IMG/VR virus record: IMGVR_UViG_3300037307_000406
Span: 1 to 25,827 of that record
DNA length: 25,827 bases
DNA from: a virus
Taxonomy: Duplodnaviria > Caudoviricetes
Strand: one strand, 5' to 3'
Part shown: piece by piece, positions 23,538 through 25,827 of the stretch
How positions within the stretch are numbered: position 1 is the stretch's first letter
How the letters are laid out: every line of letters begins with the position of its first letter
Made by a program: the position numbers and the translations under genes
The notes under the pieces: generated by a model
Database searches by the model: none
Told to the model about the DNA's origin: nothing
What the model saw: the letters and a program-made list of their open reading frames with translations, nothing else

Positions 23538-25827
23538 ATGGCCCTCAACCAGAATGCGTACCGATTTGGTAATGATGACGGCTCAACAGAGGCCAATTAC
23601 ACCTTCATTGCCGATGCCAACACCCCCATTGTGTGGCCCGTTGCCACAACAGTGCTGGTGCGGATTCTTGTTCAGAATGATGCCGCTTCTGCAGTAAACA
23701 ATCAGTACATTACCTGGCAGTACCGCCTCAACGGCGGCACCTGGACGAACATCACCACTAGTTCCAGTGTTGCCAGAGCCGTAGCGGCATCTTCATACGC
23801 AGACGCAGCGGGATGCAGCGGCAGGCTTGGTGGCAGCGGATCTGGGGACACCACCAACGCAGGTTGTACTGAGGACGGTTCTGCTGGCGGCACGTCCAAC
23901 GACGTTCCGGCCAGCGGCTGGGTTGAAACCGTCTGCGCGGTGCAGATTCAGGCAGCGGATGTTGTCCACGATGACCAAGTTGAGTTCCGGGTTACGATCA
24001 CCGCTGGGATTGGGACGTACAATCAAACCCCACTGCTGTACGTCTATGAAGGCGGCAGCGCCTCTGAATCACGTTCCGAGTCTCGATCCACTTCCGAGTC
24101 GCGTTCTGAATCACGTTCAGAGTCTATTAGTGAATCCAGGTCAGAAAGCCGCAGTGAATCCAGATCCGAAAGCGCCAGCGAAAGCCAGTCTACAAGCGAG
24201 AGCAGCTCTGAAAGCCGATCCGAGTCTGTTTCTGAGAGCAGGTCACAGAGTGCATCTGAATCTGTATCCGAGTCCAGCTCCAACAGCGGCCCCCCAGGCG
24301 CCCTCACTGTAGAACTCTACGAGGGCGCCACTCTGCGCTCGTCGTGGGAAGTGGCGATCACAAGCAGCCTCACAACGTTCGAGCATGCTCTTGAGGCCAG
24401 TGAAAAGGCGGCGATCACAGACTGGAGCAACCTACGATACAGCTTCATTGCGGACAATGATCAGATCGAGATTACGTGGGCGGAGCTGGAAGCCCCTGCC
24501 GCGTACGAGCCCTCGGCAAGTGAGAGTCGATCTGCATCCGTAAGTGAAAGCCGCTCAGAGTCACGATCAGAGTCCCGTTCTGAATCTCGCTCAGAAAGTG
24601 TTAGCGAGAGCAGAAGCGAGTCTAGATCCGAGTCTAGATCTGAATCTATTTCAGAGTCCGCTTCGTACTCGCCTTCAGCGAGCGAATCCAGGAGTGAATC
24701 GAGATCCGAGTCTAGATCCGAAAGCATTTCAGAGAGCCGGTCTGAGAGCCGAAGTGAAAGTCGGAGTGAAAGCAGATCTGAATCCATCTCAGAGTCGGTT
24801 TCTTACTCTCAGTCTCCCAGTGAGTCACGCAGCGAATCTGTTTCTGAGTCTGTATCTGAATCGAGTTCTGTTTCTGGCGCCGTTGAGTCAGAATCTGAAT
24901 CACGTTCAGAGTCCGTAAGCGGATCTCCGTCCTATTCTGGCTCCGCTTCCGAGTCTAGATCCGAATCCAGGAGCGAGAGTGCAAGTGAGTCCGCCTCACT
25001 GTCAGAATCCAGATCCGAGAGCCGCAGCGAGAGCATTAGTGAGTCTCGTTCGGAGAGCCGCTCTGAATCGAGAAGTGAGAGTGTTAGTGAATCCGCGTCA
25101 CCTTCTGAATCTCGTTCAGAGAGCCGCAGCGAGAGCAGGAGCCAGTCCAGGTCTGAATCCCTTAGCCCCAGTGCATCGGAAAGTAGATCTGAAAGCATCT
25201 CAGAAAGCGGATCTGAATCCAGGAGCCAGTCACGCAGCGAGAGCGGAAGTGAATCACGGTCGGAATCTGTATCGGAGTCGTCTAGTCCGTCTGCCTCGTC
25301 TGCGGAGGCTTCCGCCCTCATTGTCTACCTCTATGAAGGCACTACCCTTCGCAGCACATGGGCCGTTCCCATTACCAGCTCCCTCACTACTTTCGAGCAC
25401 GAACTCGAAGCTAGCGAGAAGGCAGCAATCACAAACTGGGGCAACCTTCGTTACACCTTTGTTGCTGACGGACAGTATGTAGAAATCACCTGGGCTGAGT
25501 TGGAGGCTCCGGCAGCAGCCACTGCGGTCGAATCTGAATCTGAGTCCAGATCCGAATCCAGGTCTGAATCACGTAGTGAGAGCAGATCCCAGAGTGTCAG
25601 CGAAAGCCGCAGCAACAGCCCCTCCCAGTCGGAGTCCGTCAGCGAGAGCGCCAGCTACTCAGGCATTCCCCGCTCCTTTGCCTGGGAACTGTACTGCGGT
25701 TCTACGTACATCGCGTCCGGGGAAGAGGTTCTCACCTCCAACTTCACGACTTTTGAGTACGAGCTTACCTCTGGTGAACGCGCCCTCATTACTGACTGGG
25801 CGGATCTCGAAATACAACTCTACGCGG
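23538..25827 (+). CDS. Serine-rich repeat (SESR)n protein, partial (>763 aa, runs off the window)
   Basis: Manually translated open frame from ATG 23538 with no stop to the window end: about 170-aa N-domain (MALNQNAYRFGNDDG...), three (S-X)n tracts and three copies of a roughly 66-aa module. Confidence 0.9.
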   Translation, partial: MALNQNAYRFGNDDGSTEANYTFIADANTPIVWPVATTVLVRILVQNDAASAVNNQYITWQYRLNGGTWTNITTSSSVARAVAASSYADAAGCSGRLGGSGSGDTTNAGCTEDGSAGGTSNDVPASGWVETVCAVQIQAADVVHDDQVEFRVTITAGIGTYNQTPLLYVYEGGSASESRSESRSTSESRSESRSESISESRSESRSESRSESASESQSTSESSSESRSESVSESRSQSASESVSESSSNSGPPGALTVELYEGATLRSSWEVAITSSLTTFEHALEASEKAAITDWSNLRYSFIADNDQIEITWAELEAPAAYEPSASESRSASVSESRSESRSESRSESRSESVSESRSESRSESRSESISESASYSPSASESRSESRSESRSESISESRSESRSESRSESRSESISESVSYSQSPSESRSESVSESVSESSSVSGAVESESESRSESVSGSPSYSGSASESRSESRSESASESASLSESRSESRSESISESRSESRSESRSESVSESASPSESRSESRSESRSQSRSESLSPSASESRSESISESGSESRSQSRSESGSESRSESVSESSSPSASSAEASALIVYLYEGTTLRSTWAVPITSSLTTFEHELEASEKAAITNWGNLRYTFVADGQYVEITWAELEAPAAATAVESESESRSESRSESRSESRSQSVSESRSNSPSQSESVSESASYSGIPRSFAWELYCGSTYIASGEEVLTSNFTTFEYELTSGERALITDWADLEIQLYA
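24057..24287 (+). repeat. Ser-X dipeptide tract 1 (about 77 aa)
   Basis: SASESRSESRSTSESRSESRSESISESR...; 12-nt periodicity with synonymous variation. Confidence 0.9.
24513..25313 (+). repeat. Ser-X dipeptide tract 2 (about 267 aa)
   Basis: SASESRSASVSESRSESRSESR...; Ser at nearly every second residue. Confidence 0.9.
25530..25661 (+). repeat. Ser-X dipeptide tract 3 (about 44 aa)
   Basis: ESESESRSESRSESRSESRSQSVSESR... Confidence 0.88.

Larger units (their letters stand above)
931..25827 (+). mobile_element. Tailed phage/prophage morphogenesis region (packaging-head-glycosylation-fibre modules); boundaries not visible in the window
   Basis: Co-oriented, closely packed genes in canonical order: TerS-like, TerL, portal, scaffold, major capsid, capsid accessory, adaptor, fibre-like genes. 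No integrase, att site or tape measure gene seen. Confidence 0.93.

Noticed and set aside
24044-25482. ORF-track entries such as DSERDSER (minus strand) and alternative plus-frame ORFs
   Set aside because: They are shadows of the SESR repeat; the coherent frame is the stop-free one from 23538.
24300-25511. Diversity-generating retroelement TR/VR pair in the duplicated modules
   Set aside because: Both copies are in-frame coding, differences are largely synonymous and not adenine-specific, and no reverse transcriptase is in the window.
24057-25661. CRISPR array or DNA-level tandem repeat element
   Set aside because: Periodicity is 6/12 nt with synonymous variation and no constant repeat with unique spacers; it is a coding repeat.
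1-25827. Alternative genetic code, tRNA or rRNA genes
   Set aside because: Genes tile densely under the standard code with all three stop codons used; no cloverleaf or rRNA-like sequence was recognised.

Overview
The window is the packaging, head and receptor-binding/decoration part of a tailed dsDNA phage or prophage, with almost every gene on the + strand. From the left: an IS200/IS605-family insertion (tnpA only), a free-standing HNH gene, small accessory and Zn-finger genes, a TerS-like gene, and a terminase large subunit split into ATPase and nuclease ORFs at a short tandem repeat. Portal, scaffold and a major capsid gene follow; the capsid gene is interrupted by a group I intron carrying a LAGLIDADG endonuclease. 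After the capsid-accessory and adaptor genes sits a tightly overlapping five-gene glycan cassette: two GT-A enzymes with polypeptide GalNAc-transferase-like motifs, a SAM methyltransferase, a DUF616-like GT and a GT-B enzyme. Then come beta-helix proteins and a >763-aa ORF absent from the ORF track (23538 to window end) made of (Ser-X)n / SESR repeats between repeated globular modules. The strongest candidate for a new system is a phage-encoded, mucin/SRRP-like O-glycosylation module: writer enzymes plus a dedicated serine-rich substrate. All family calls are from motif recognition by eye; no database searches were run.
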